A DNA stretch of 64,000 nt from Octopus sinensis (GCF_006345805.1 NC_042997.1:173414001-173478000); one strand, 5' to 3'; positions 14,645-27,401 are shown, counted from the stretch's first letter. Numbers and translations are program-made. Notes: generated by a model not told the origin, from the sequence alone.

Positions 14645-15475
14645 CGAGGGCCCTACATGATCAATAAGTAACCGCATTGTTGACATAGTAACGAAGCTAA
14701 AACACGCCGAGTAAAGCTGCTCAGTACAGATTGAACCTGACTGTAACTCTCTGTTTACAGCAGTGCTTGGAAAGAAGGTGTAATGTGTGATCGTTGCATT
14801 GACAATGACAAAGTTGTCATGGCGATATCTGCTCAGAGGCCTATGAAACGTTGCACAAAGAGTATGGAGACCAGTGTTTGAGCCGCACACACGTGAGTGA
14901 ATGGTTCAGAAGTTTCAAAGGTGGCCGAAAACAATTTCGATATTGATGAACGTTCTGGGAAACCCGCAACCAGCAGAACTCAGAAAAACATCGCAGATGT
15001 GCGTTCAGCTGTGAGGGGAAATCGTCGAATCACTATCCGTGAGCTATCAGCAGATGAGCTGATTAGTTAAGGTTCAGTTTAGTCCATTATCACTGTGTCT
15101 GCAAAGAACTGTGTCTGCAAACTTTGTGCCCAAACCGCTTTCAGCTGACTGAAAATACACTAGGGTTTCTGTTGTGTCTAGAATTATGAAAACTTTTTTC
15201 AAATCTTTGCGTAGCCCTTTGAGCAGGTATCACCAAGCTTTTGGAAAAAATTGATGCATTTTCTCTGCTCAACTTTCTCTGTCATAGTCAGTGCGATGAT
15301 CAAACGCTACACACGTTCCTTCTAAGAACTGCTATATACAGCGGAAGTGATCTACAACGCTAAAACGTAGTGCACATACACAGCAGAGGACAAGGTCAAT
15401 TTACGCCAAATAGCTTTACTCTGTGTGCTTTAGCTTCGTTACCATAACAACAGTCCGGATACTTATTGATCAGAC

Positions 15476-15477
<2 letters not shown>
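14645..15477 (+). mobile_element. Internally deleted mariner element with long TIRs and a degraded transposase N-terminus
   Basis: TA-CGAGGG start; ~65-bp imperfect inverted repeats (GATCAATAAGTA..GTAACGAAGCTAAA..GAGTAAAGCT). Conceptual peptide YGDQCLSRTHVSEWFRSFKGG..DERSGKP..NRRITIREL (mariner HTH region). Confidence 0.85.
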
Positions 15478-15525
<48 letters not shown>

Positions 15526-15584
15526 TACATACATGCATACAAAGAATACATACATATATACATATACATATATATGTATGTATG

Positions 15585-15622
<38 letters not shown>

Positions 15623-15624
<2 letters not shown>

Positions 15625-15723
15625 TTTTACTTGTTTCAGTTTTTATATTCCGGCCATGCTGGGGTACTACCTTGGGTTTTTAGTCGAATGAATCGACCCC
15701 AGCAAACACAGACACAAAGACAC

Positions 15724-15761
<38 letters not shown>

Positions 15762-15897
15762 TACAACGGGTTTCTTTCAGCTTCCGTTGACCAAATTCAC
15801 TCACAAGGCGATAATAGCTGCTCATGGTTCCACGCAGTTGAACTGAACCCGGAGCCATGTTGTTGAGAGGCAAACTTATTTCCACACCGCCACGTGC
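15623..15897 (-). mobile_element. SINE group A, internally deleted
   Basis: Reverse complement matches the group A head, body and tail. Confidence 0.75.
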
Positions 15898-16456
15898 GTT
15901 TGAGTTGACTGAGTGGATTGGAGCCACGTGAAATAATTGCATCACTCATGGACACAAAGCGCTGCCGGGAATCGAACTCACATCCTCACGATCGTGAGCG
16001 AAATACCCCAACCACATGCTTCATTGTGGATATTTATTTCTTTCATACCTTCTATATGATGCATCCTCTGTTGCCACATATGTGCAGAAGAGTGTAGGTT
16101 CCTAACAGTATTAAAAAGCTATATTCATGCTACCCCCTGATTAGAGAACAATCAAACGATGGCATTGTTCGAAATCGAATTTCATGTACCAAACTAGAAG
16201 TATCTCAGAATCGATGCGAATATCGCACACGCTGGAGCTGTGAATAAAGCCAGAATATAAGAGTACTGTAGATTCCTTGAAATATGGAACTCATACCTGT
16301 GTGCAATTAACAAGACCATATCTCACAATGCTTTTGCAGCGCCAGTGCTAGTTCCAACATTTGGGATATTGGACTGGAAAGTTGACAAAATCCACTGCCT
16401 GGATATCAAAACGAGATCGGTACTGACCACCACTGGCAATTTCTAAAATAATTATA

Positions 16457-16667
16457 TCTTTACTACCCACAAGGGGCTAAACACAGAGAGGACAAACAAG
16501 GACAGACAAACTGATTAAGCCGATTATATCGACCCCAGTGCGTAACTGGTACTTATTTAATCGACCCCGAAAGGATGAAAGGCAAAGTCGACCTCGGCGG
16601 AATTTGAACTCAGAACGTAACGGCAGATGAAATACGGCTACGCATTTCACCCGGCGTGCTAACGTTT
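16457..16667 (-). mobile_element. SINE group C inserted in the R4-type remnant
   Basis: GAGTTCAAATTCCGCCGAGGTCGACTTTGCCTTTCATCCTTTCGGGGTCGAT body on the minus strand. Confidence 0.9.
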
Positions 16668-17103
16668 GACACCGATAAGATCTACGTGAGATGAAGTGAT
16701 GGCGGCAGAGGCATACGGTCAGTCCAAATAACCTTTGTCGCGATGTATCACTCAGACAACACCTACTGAAAAGTAAAGAAGGCATCCATGCATACTCAAA
16801 AGTAAGAGCAATAACGTATTAAGAATCGGAGAACTACTGGGTAAATGCTCCGAGAATACAAATGTCTAATGGGATCCAAAGCAAGCTGAACTGGCTAACC
16901 TAAACAAAATCTCGGAGGAGATGTAGCCATCATACCAGCAAAAAGCAATGTATGGGTACATATCCCGTTGGCTATAGGATAACAACAGCATTGACAGAAA
17001 GAATAGCCTTTCCTGGACCTGTGATAGAGACATTGCATTCCAACTAAAAAGGATAGGTTTTCGCTATCCAGGAACAGGAAATTGCTACTAAATACCTGAT
17101 AAA

Positions 17104-17255
17104 CAGGAGTGGCTGTGTGGTAAGTAGCTTGCTAACCAACCACATGGCTCCGGGTTCAGTCCCACTGCGTGGCATCTTGGGCAAGTGTCTTCTGCTATAG
17201 CCCGGGCCGAACCAATGCCTTGTGAGTGGATTTGGTAGACGGAAACTGAAAGAGC

Positions 17256-17310
<55 letters not shown>

Positions 17311-17525
17311 GTGTGTGGTTGTGGTCCCCCTAGCATTGCTGACAACCGATGTTGGTGTGTTTACGTCCCCCCGTCACTTAGCGGTTCGGCAAAAGAGACC
17401 GATAGAATAAGTACTGGGCTTACAAAGAATAAGTCCCGGGGTCGATTTGCACGACTAAAGGCGGTGTTCCAGCATGGCCGCAGTCAAATGACTGAAACAA
17501 GTAAAAGAGAAAAGAGTAAAAGAGT
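17104..17525 (+). mobile_element. SINE group A inserted in the R4-type remnant
   Basis: Near full-length match to 34861-35270. Confidence 0.9.
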
Positions 17526-17761
17526 AAACAAGACGGACAATGATACTACAAACCACTACGTCGTGATAGAAAATGTCAGCTCTGTTATACCAGTGTGGAG
17601 ATATCCACATCATCATCAGCTGCTCCAAAATGTCTACGAGATATTACCTGCCCGTGATAGGGGTAAAATATCCAATTTTTCTGCTATTTTCACGGTTATA
17701 TTACATTCAAAATTTACGTTCTTGTCTGTAATATCTATCTATCTATCTATCTATCTATATA

Positions 17762-17798
<37 letters not shown>

Positions 17799-17912
17799 GC
17801 TATCTATCTATCTATCTATCTATCTATCATCTATCTATCTATCTATCTATATATATATACTACTATCTATCTATATATATATACATTATACATAATCATA
17901 TATATACATTAC

Positions 17913-17961
<49 letters not shown>

Positions 17962-18737
17962 ATATATATATATACACGCCACACACACATATATATATAC
18001 ATATATATATACCTATCTATCTATCCTTCTTTCCCTCCCTAACACACACACATCTATATGCATATACATATGCGCATGTTTGAGTATACACACTACGTAT
18101 AGCTGTAAAGATACACATGCGAAAGTATACTACATAGGTAAAGAATTGAAAAAGAAAAAGTTCGTTGTAGAGTAGCAACAGCAGCAGCATTACCAGCAAC
18201 AACACCAGCAGTAGCAGCAGCAGCAACGGTAGTATAAACTAAACCGAAAGTGAAAGTTAGAAATCTTTTCTGTCAGGCTGGAATATTGAGTGAAATGAAG
18301 CAATTTACCTGACCTCGCTAACTCAGACACTAACTCACTCACTCATCCAGTCGCACAATCATCCGCTACCTCACTCACACCATCACTGCCTTTCTTTCCT
18401 TGCTTTCTTCCTTGCTTTCTTCTTTCTTGCCATCCTTAGTTCTTGCTTACTTCGTCCCCTCCATCACACACTTGCCTTTCACCCACTATCTGTCATTTTC
18501 TCACTATGTTACTGAATCGTTCATTCGCTGATCGCATCAGGGAAATACATACACACACACACACACACACAGAAATATACATCCCCATTTACGCTTATAT
18601 AGACATATCTACATACATATATATACCATACACAGACATATACACTCTGGTACACACGAGTATGCATATATATATGTGTGTGTATATGTATATGCATATC
18701 TCTCTGTCTTTCTCTCTCTCTCTCTCTTCTCTCTCTC

Positions 18738-18785
<48 letters not shown>

Positions 18786-18807
18786 TTATAAGTATGTGTC
18801 TGTGTGA

Positions 18808-18858
<51 letters not shown>

Positions 18859-19445
18859 CAGACATATATAGTACACTATACACATGATATATATATACAT
18901 ATATACACATATATATATGTATGTATATATATATATACATTATTATAATATATATCTATATATATATGTATATATATATATACATACTGTATATATATAT
19001 AGTCTATATGTATATATATATAGTATATATATTTATGTGTATAGATAGTATTGTGATATATATATATACTATATATATATATATATAAATATATTATATA
19101 TATATATATATATATTATATATATGTAGAAACCTTTGTTCAGTGACTTGTGCTGTGCCAATGTTACGCCATGCGAAATAAGACTTCTTGATATTCACGAA
19201 ACTAACCACATTAAATTACGCCAGTGACTGTTGTGCGTAATCTAGGTGTCTATGTTTGGATGTGTGCGCGTATGTTCATACCTGTGTGAATGTGATTTTG
19301 TGCGTATGTGTGTACGTATTCACGTACACACATACGCATTCATACATTACTCTATATCTACGAGTTTGTATATATCCGTACATAAGTACGAACATATATA
19401 GAATTACACATACACGCAAACACACATACATACATACATATATAT

Positions 19446-19502
<57 letters not shown>

Positions 19503-20107
19503 ATATGTATATATGTATATGCACATGAGCTCGTCATCAGCTAGGCTGTTACGCAGAATTTACCAGTATGCTACATTGAATTCCGTCAATGTCAGTTTTA
19601 CACGCTTCCTGCAGTTGCGATCTCGTCTCTTGGAAAGTTCAAAGAAACCCACCTAGCACCGAGGTCTGCAGTGCTGAGAGTTGTAACTTCATCGCGTGAC
19701 AGATTCCCCCCCCCCACCGTCATGATGACTTTAAATGCGCCCGCCCGCGCGTGTGCGCGTGCGCGTGCGCGCGCATGTGTATGCGCGCGAACGTATATGT
19801 GGTGCGTACATCTGCCTATAATTCTTATGTGTATGTATGAATGAATGAATTAATGTGTGTATGCAAATATATATATATATATAATTATATGTACATATGT
19901 ATATACGTATATGTATGCTCGTACACACACACACACACACACCACACACACACACATATTTGATAGGTGAGAGAGAGGTACACATATACACTTCCATATA
20001 CATGTACACACAATCACACATATATTGATAGATATCGATAGATAACTAGCTACTAAGATGCATATACATATTGTATACATTTATATATTAATATGTATGT
20101 GTATGTA

Positions 20108-20500
20108 AGGCGTCGAGCTGGCTGAAACATTAGCACGCCGGGTGAAATACTTAGCGGTATATCGTATGCCGTTACGTTCTGAGTTCAAATTCCGCCGAGG
20201 ACGACTTTGCCTTTCATCCTTTCGAGGTCGATAAATTAAGTACCAGTTACGCACTGGGGTCGATGTAATCGACTTAATACCTATGTCTGTCCTTGTTTGT
20301 CCCCTTTATGTTTAGCCCCTTGTGGGTAATAAAGAAATAGGTATATCGTCTCCCGTTACGTTCTGAGTTCAAATTCCGCCGAGGTCGACTCTGCCTCTCA
20401 TCCTTTTGGCGTCGACAAATTAAGTACCAGTTGTGTATTGGTGTCGATATAATCGGCTGGCTCCCCCCCCACAAATTTTGGGCCTTGTGCCTAGTATAGA
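20108..20500 (+). mobile_element. Dimeric SINE group C
   Basis: Head, body and tail 1 fused at ~20340 to a headless second body with tail 2. Confidence 0.85.
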
Positions 20501-20610
20501 AAATAGTGTTATGTGTGTATGCATGTATGTATCTATGCATCTCTTTATATATCTATGTATATATTTATGTATGTGTATTCATGTCTGTATGCGCATGTAT
20601 GTATATACAG

Positions 20611-20645
<35 letters not shown>

Positions 20646-20659
20646 GCACACACACAAAT

Positions 20660-20696
<37 letters not shown>

Positions 20697-20944
20697 CATA
20701 TAGGTTTTAAATTTCGGCACAAGGCCAGTACATAATATATATAAGAAGATGAAGAATGAATTCAGTACTTTAACATTCGTTAAAATTGTTTCCGTACCAG
20801 CCTGATACTAACGCCATTGTATGTGAATGATTCAACGTAAAATGTTACGCAATGTGTGTGGTTGAATATGTCGTACCTGAGAGTGGCGCCTCATTAGACT
20901 TGCATTAAGTCATGCATCTTGTTATCCTGTTTTTATCTAAGGTG

Positions 20945-21275
20945 TAAGTGTGAATGTGCGGTGAGGAAGCTCCCTTCCCAACCATTTCGTCTTCGGTTCA
21001 GTCCCACTGTGCGGTACCTTGGGAAGTGCCTTCTATTAAGTGAAAGTGTTTTCTACTTGTGAAAGAACTTGGTGGACGGAGACTGAAAGAAGCATATAAT
21101 ATATGTGTGAGTGTGTTTGCGTTTGTGTGTGCATGTGTCGTTGTTTGAGTTTGTCCCTCCTTCGCTTGACAACCACTAGAGCAAATCCCAGTTTAAAAAG
21201 ATTGTCGGCTAAATCCTTCGAGGCGGTGCTCCAGCATGGCCGCAGGCCAATGACTGAAACATGTAACAGATAAAG
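20945..21275 (+). mobile_element. SINE group A, degenerate and internally deleted
   Basis: GGTTCAGTCCCACTGTGCGGTACCTTGGG body and GGCGGTGCTCCAGCATGGCCGCAG tail. Confidence 0.7.
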
Positions 21276-21969
21276 CATAAGTCATTGCATGTGAAATCAG
21301 AGTATGCATGTGTATATCTATCTCGATCATTATCTGTGTCTGTTATATGTTTGTGGTGTGTGTGTGTTTGTGTGTATCTGTATGTGGGCACCTTTATATA
21401 ACCATCATTGGACACACACACACACACAAATATCATTTTTGGATAAAGGCAGATTTTATACAGAAGAATTGCAACTGTTCATAACTGCCTTTTATCAATC
21501 GCAGTCGTCAACTACACTGTGACCTGTGACCATCAGCCAGCCACACTGTTTTTGGACCTGGAAACGAATACTGGATAACAATAGCATTTAAGGGATATAT
21601 CATTAATATCTATCATTTTTGGATAAAAGGCAGATTTTATACAGAAGAATTGCAACTCTGTTTGTAACTGTCAAACTCCAGCCAGATGCAAGACCCTTAG
21701 AAGCCAGATCCGAGAAATTTAAATGGTTTGTTACATATTTTATCCTACTTGATCGGGATATATTCATATAAACTAATTTTTCCTTCTTATTATAAAGAAA
21801 TTTACATGTAAATTAGTTTTAAAATCATTGTCAAAGACTCTTGTGTATCTGTATTAAGGCTTGCCTCTCAACGGTTAGACACAAACACACACACTCTCAC
21901 ACACACACACACACACACACAAGAGTTTGTATGATTGCATTATTTACATTTGTCCTCGTCTTTGTTGTT

Positions 21970-22015
21970 AAGACAACGTTTCGGCTGATATAGCCTCCAG
22001 CCTTCATCAGGTGTC
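21970..22015 (-). ncRNA. Minimal type-I hammerhead ribozyme motif (PLE type)
   Basis: ACAC-CTGATGA-A-GGCTG(10 nt)CAGCC-GAAAC-GT-T-GTCT. Stem III is the palindrome ACGT; stem I has one mismatch. Confidence 0.7.
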
Positions 22016-22056
22016 TTGGGGAACCTAGGTATTTTTCGATGTCGTTGTTGTTGTTG

Positions 22057-22118
<62 letters not shown>

Positions 22119-22137
22119 TTATTATTATTATATTATT

Positions 22138-22214
22138 CAGGTCACTGCCTGGAATCGAACTCGGAATCTTGGGATTAGTAGCTCGCGCTCTTAACTACTA
22201 CGTCATATGCCCGT
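22138..22214 (-). promoter_or_regulatory. tRNA-derived sequence with Pol III A/B boxes (not a functional tRNA)
   Basis: GGGCATATGACGTAGTAGTTAAGAGCGCGAGCTACTAATCCCAAGATTCCGAGTTCGATTCCAGG. B box GTTCGATTCC and anticodon-loop-like CTACTAA are present; stems are eroded. Confidence 0.75.
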
Positions 22215-22220
22215 GGGCAT

Positions 22221-22915
22221 TTATAGAGTGAATTTTAGGGCTAATATTTTCTTATCCTTCCTTAATACAGGTTCTCGTATACTTCTCGTATCTGCACTCG
22301 GTCTGCTTAGGAGGTTGTTGTGTCCTAGAATATGTGCCGCTTCTTTTAGTTTTCGTATTTTTCAGTGATGTTCTTTGTCTATCATTTTAACTTCAACCCA
22401 CAGGGGAATGTGGTCTCCATTTTTCCATACATGATCAGCTATACCCGATTTATCAATATCCCCTCGTGTCAGAGCTTTGCGATGTTCGTCTACCCTTATT
22501 TTGAGGGGGCGGTATGTGTCACTTTTGTATTACCTACGACAGTTGCATGGGATGGAGTACACGCAGTCTTTGGTCATATTCTCTTATATGGTGGTTTTAT
22601 TCGAAGGAGATATTTGCGAAGTGTTGTATTACTCTTGAATACTGTCCTGATGTCANNNNNNNNNNNNNNNNNNNNNNNNNNNNNNNNNNNNNNNNNNNNN
22701 NNNNNNNNNNNNNNNNNNNNNNNNNNNNNNNNNNNNNNNNNNNNNNNNNNNNNNNTTATCTCTTTTTATATCTTAGTGAGAGGAAGAATGGCAGTGCCAG
22801 TGATCTTTGAACTGTTGTTTATGTTGGCATCGTCGCTGCAGAATTTGTTGCGTTTTCTTTCCTAATGCTTTAGGGCGACGTTTCTGAAAACGATAGCGCT
22901 TCACGGGTACGCAAG
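22221..22915 (-). pseudogene. PLE linker and GIY-YIG endonuclease, disrupted and crossing an assembly gap
   Basis: Minus-strand translation TVFKSNTTLRKYLLRIKP / CVYSIPCNCRR*YKSDTYRPLKIRVDEHRKA..KSGIADHVW..WVEVKMIDKEHH*KIRKLKEAAHILGHNNLLSRPS; stop TAA at 22221-22223. Confidence 0.85.
22656..22755. other. Assembly gap (100 N)
   Basis: Direct reading. Confidence 1.
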
Positions 22916-22971
22916 GGAAAAATACGGTTGCATGCAAAACTTTGTAAAACCTAAAGGGTTGTGGAGTAACC

Positions 22972-24812
22972 TATTTCTTTATTACCTACAAGGGGCTAAA
23001 CACAGAGGGGACAAACAAGGACAGACATGGGTATTAAGTCGATTACATCGACCCCAGTGCGTAACTGGTACTTAATTTATCGACCCCGAAAGGATGAAGG
23101 GCAAAATCGACCTCGGCGGAATTTGAACTCACAACGTAACAACGGACGAAATACCGCTAAGCATTTCGCCCGGCGCGATAACGTTTCTGCCAGCTTGCCG
23201 CCTCTAATTTGTGGAGTAACCACTACCAATCTCTTTACAAAATTGCGTCCTCACTTGCAGCTAATAATATTTATGAAAGAGTTTGGAGATCGCAAGTCAT
23301 TGAAAATGTTGCAAACGGCAATAAAAGGATTTTGACGAACAAACCGATTTGTAGTTTTACCAACACGTTAAATAAACGATCAATTAGTTAGCTGGATAGA
23401 TACTTAACCAGTTGACTAATAATAAAGGAGTGGAGTTGTACCTGTGCATGTGTTATTATTGGCGTAATGACTCCCCCAAGACACAACAAAATTTATAAAA
23501 GAAATGTCGTTAAATATTATATATAATTGATTTTGGAACAAGTTCAAAAGTTTTAGTGAGCGGGGAAGTATGTTACATCGGATTCACTTTTGAACTGGTG
23601 CTTATTTTATTGGCTTCCAAAGGACGAAAGGCAGGATCGACCCCGGTAGCACTTGAAATCAGAACGTAAAGGACCGGAAGGAATGCTAAGCATTTTGCCC
23701 AGCGCGCTAACAATTCTACCAGCTTGCTGCCTTACTTCTAAATATAATCCTTTCTACAATAGGCACAAGGCCTGAAATTATGAAGGGGGAGGGGTCAGTC
23801 GATTAGATCGACCCCAGTATGCAACTGATACTTAATTCATCGACCCCGAAAGGATGAAAAGTAAAGTCGACCTCGGCGGAATTTGAACTCAGAACATAGC
23901 AGCAGACGAAACGCCTATTTCTTTACTACCCACAAGGGACTAAACTCAGAGAGAAAAAACGAGGACAAACAAACAGATTAAGTCGATTACATTGACCCCC
24001 AGTGCGTAACTGGTACTTAATTTATCGACCCCGAAAGGATGAAAGGCAAAGTCGACCTCGGCGCAATTTGAACTCAGAACGTAACGGCAGACGAAATACG
24101 GCTAAGCATTTCACCCGGCATGTTAACGATTCTCCCAGCTCGCTATTTTAATAATCCTTTCTACTATTGGCACAAAACCTGAAATTTGGGATAACATTAA
24201 TCCAAGTGCTATACAGGTACTTATTTCATCGATTCCAGAATGAAAAAAGCCAATGCCGACGACCTTGCCAGAATTTGAACTCAGAACGTAAGACCGGATG
24301 AAATGTCACAAAGCATTTTGTCCTGCGTGATATCCATTCTGCCAGTTTGCCACCTTAGATCAACCCGTGTACGAAACTCGTACTTAATTTATCGACCCCG
24401 AATGAGTGAACGGCAAAGTCGACCCCGGCGGAATGTCGCTGCCTTAAATAATAATAATGATAATCCTTCCAACTGTAAGCAAAAGGCCTGAAATTTAGAG
24501 GAGGGGTGAAGTCGAATCATCGATCCCCAGTGTTCAACTGGTACTTGTTTCATCGACCCCCAAAAGGATGAAAGGCAAAGTCGACCTCGGCGAAATTTGA
24601 ACAATAATGATGGTGATTAATATAATAATCGTTTCTATAAAAGGCAGAAGGCCTGAAATTTTGGGGCAGGGGTCTAGTCGATTACATTGACCCTAGTATT
24701 TCACTGGTACTTAATTTATGGATCCCGAAAGGCTGAAAGGCAAAGTCTGGATTTAAATTCAGAACGTAGTCACGGACGAATTATCGCTAAGCATTTTGTC
24801 CAGCGCGCTGCC
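22972..24812 (-). mobile_element. Cluster of ~8 group C SINE copies in the same orientation
   Basis: Repeated CGACCCCGAAAGGATGAAAGGCAAAGTCGACCTCGGCGGAATTTGAAC blocks, often separated by short (AAT)n tails; one unrelated spacer at ~23205-23560. Confidence 0.9.
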
Positions 24813-24867
24813 GTAAATAATAATAATAATGATAATAATAATGATAATAATAATAGTAATAATAATA

Positions 24868-24923
<56 letters not shown>

Positions 24924-24925
<2 letters not shown>

Positions 24926-26175
24926 ACTGTCACGAAATGAACTGTCCAAAATAGATAGGAAAAACAAGAAAAATACTGACGGATCTAGGATGCATCACCA
25001 AAATCTGACATAGAAAGACATATATATAAACGTATAGAAGGTGGTAGAGGCCTTATACAGCTGGAAAACTACTATAAAAAATAACCACCATAGGACTGCA
25101 AAAATACCTACTTCAGAAGGAAGGGAAAACTGATCCAGATAGCAGCAAAACACGAGCAAAACAAAAAAACTTGTTCTCAGTATTTAAGGAAGCTGACAAT
25201 ACAAACAAGAAATCATACCACCTAATAAACACAAGAAGATGATGAAGAAACAACAAAAGCTATAAAAAAATGAAATCCAAACTAAAAATAGAACAGCAAC
25301 GAGCCATGATTAAAACGATGGCAAGAAAAGCCCCTTCATGGTAAATACTGCACTAAACTAAACGCAAAAGAAATAGACAAAGAAAAATCCCAGCAATGGT
25401 TGAGAGCTCAGGACTCAAAGCAGAAACAGGGGATTTTAATTGCAGCACAAGACCAAAGCCTCGCCACCAGGAAATTACCAAAAACATGTAATGAAAAGAA
25501 ATATTACAAGTAACTGCAGAATATGTGGAGATGGACAAGAAACAATAAATCATAATCTCTAGCTGCCCAGTCCTGGCTAAGAAGGAATATATTCACAGAC
25601 AGACAGAGTTGGAACCTACATACATTGAAGCTATGCCAACATTATGGAATAACAACAGAAAAAAGATGGTATAGGCACACACCAGAAAAGGTCACAGAAA
25701 ACGAGAAAGCAACCATACTCTAGGATATGCGATACACACAGATTAGAGAAATTAAGCCAACAGACCAGATATAGTTGTCAGAGATCATGAAGAAAAAAAT
25801 GTTTTCTAATTGATGTATCAATACCGGCAGATGACAACGTGTCTCTAAAAGAAATGGAGAAACTCTCAAAATACAAAGACCTGGAATAGAGGTAACTAGA
25901 ATGTGGAACCTGAAAACAGAAACAATTCCTATCATAGTAGGTGCATTAGGCATGATAAAAAAATATTCAGATAAAAATACATAACAAAAACACCAGGACT
26001 TACAAACACATATTAACATACAGAAAATTGCAAAACTAGGCACTGCACACATCCTACGCAGAACACTTTCCTACAATAACCATCAGAGCATCACAACAAA
26101 TCACAGCACATACCAAGGCACACAGAGCTGCGCTCGGTAGTGAAGTGAAAGCACGCTAAAAATAAAACCTATGAA
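24924..26175 (+). mobile_element. 5'-truncated R4/Dong-type non-LTR retrotransposon (CCHC and restriction-like endonuclease) within (TAA)n
   Basis: Frameshifted peptides ELSKIDRK..EGGRGLIQLE, IAAQDQSLATR, NCRICGDGQETINH..SCPVLAKKEY, RPDIVVRD..CFLIDVSIPADDN..KYKDL, PIIVGALG and LGTAHILRRTLS. (AAT)n flanks both sides. Confidence 0.9.
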
Positions 26176-26408
26176 TAAATAATAATAATAATAATAATAA
26201 TAAATAATACTATAATAATAATATAATAATTAATAATAATAATAGTAGTAGTAGTAAAATAATAAAATAATAATAATAATAATAAATAATAATAATAATA
26301 AAAATAAAAATAATAACAATAATAATAATAACAATGAGTAGTAGTAGTAGCAGCAGAGGTAGTAGTAGTAGTAGTAATAATAGCAGCAGCAGCAGTAGCA
26401 GCAGCAGC

Positions 26409-26454
<46 letters not shown>

Positions 26455-27199
26455 TAAAAGGACCCCCGTGTTTTTTTTTTGTTTTTTTCTTACTTTTGTA
26501 TCAAAATAGTATTAGCAAATTAGTTGCAAAATCCAGAAAGTCAAACTTTCCAAAAGATTATTTATAAGTGAAGTAAAGCATGGCATGCAAATATAATCAA
26601 CCATCACTCTTTCTCTCCAAGAACCCCAGTTCCACCTCATAGCGATTTAGTTATGCTGTGGTTCTATATAAATGTCACATAAATCAACAGTTTTCCCCCC
26701 TCTCTCTCTTTTCTGTATATTTATATGTATGTATGTATGTATGTACGTACGTACGTATGTATTCGTATGTATAAATATGTATATGTGTGCTTGTGTTTGT
26801 GGAATTTTCAATATTAATGTAGAGCATCATCGTTTTTATTCTGCCTTGTTACGGTCTAGCAACGATATAATTCTTTGTATAACAGCACGTAAATCTTAAA
26901 GTCAGCCTGTCTTCACTTGTATCTATCTGTACCTCTCGTCCATAACGTATGTATTTGTTACATATGTACATACAAACTTATGTTGTCTTCCCATTCGTTA
27001 CATATTATGTATATTAAACATTTAATGTATTATAACTTCTGTAAACACCGATCCAAAATATACATATATATTTAATTACATATACTCAGTGTCGGTTAGA
27101 TGCTAGATTTATTCTAAAGCTATTACTGATTTAACAAAATACACGTTGATGGTGTTTATGTATGTATGTAAGGTATGTATTATGTAATGTAATCTGTAT

Positions 27200-27399
27200 G
27201 TATAGATAGGTAGCCACTACACCACATTTTTTTATTCACTCCTGTTTCTCTCCTTGTTTTTTTTCTGTGTCCCTTTCTGTAGAAGAGCGTAGGCTCGAAA
27301 CGAAAAACTTCTTCAATTCCTGAGTGTTATACTAATACATCTGTTTGTTTTGTACAAACCACCTGGTCTTCGTCTTTTGTTTTGTTTTTCGTGAACTCT

Positions 27400-27401
<2 letters not shown>
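27200..27401 (+). mobile_element. Family H2 element with a variant hammerhead motif at 27272-27310
   Basis: CTTT-CTGTAGA-A-GAGC-GTAG-GCTC-GAAAC-G with the cleavage region damaged; followed by (TA)n. Confidence 0.7.

Larger units (their letters stand above)
16130..17660 (+). pseudogene. R4/Dong-type non-LTR retrotransposon ORF remnant (RT C-terminus to CCHC), split by two SINEs
   Basis: Peptides HNAFAAPVLVPTFGILDWK..LDIKTRSVLTTTGNF, DTDKIYV..GGRGIRSV, FAIQEQEIATKYL and KCQLCYTSVE..HII..CSKMSTRYYLP; stops and frameshifts present. Confidence 0.8.
21925..22915 (-). mobile_element. 3' part of a Penelope-like element (family P1): GIY-YIG remnant, tRNA-like head, microsatellite and hammerhead
   Basis: See component features. 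Minus-strand order is ORF end, tRNA-like head, (AAT)n(AAC)n, hammerhead, 3' tail. Confidence 0.85.
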
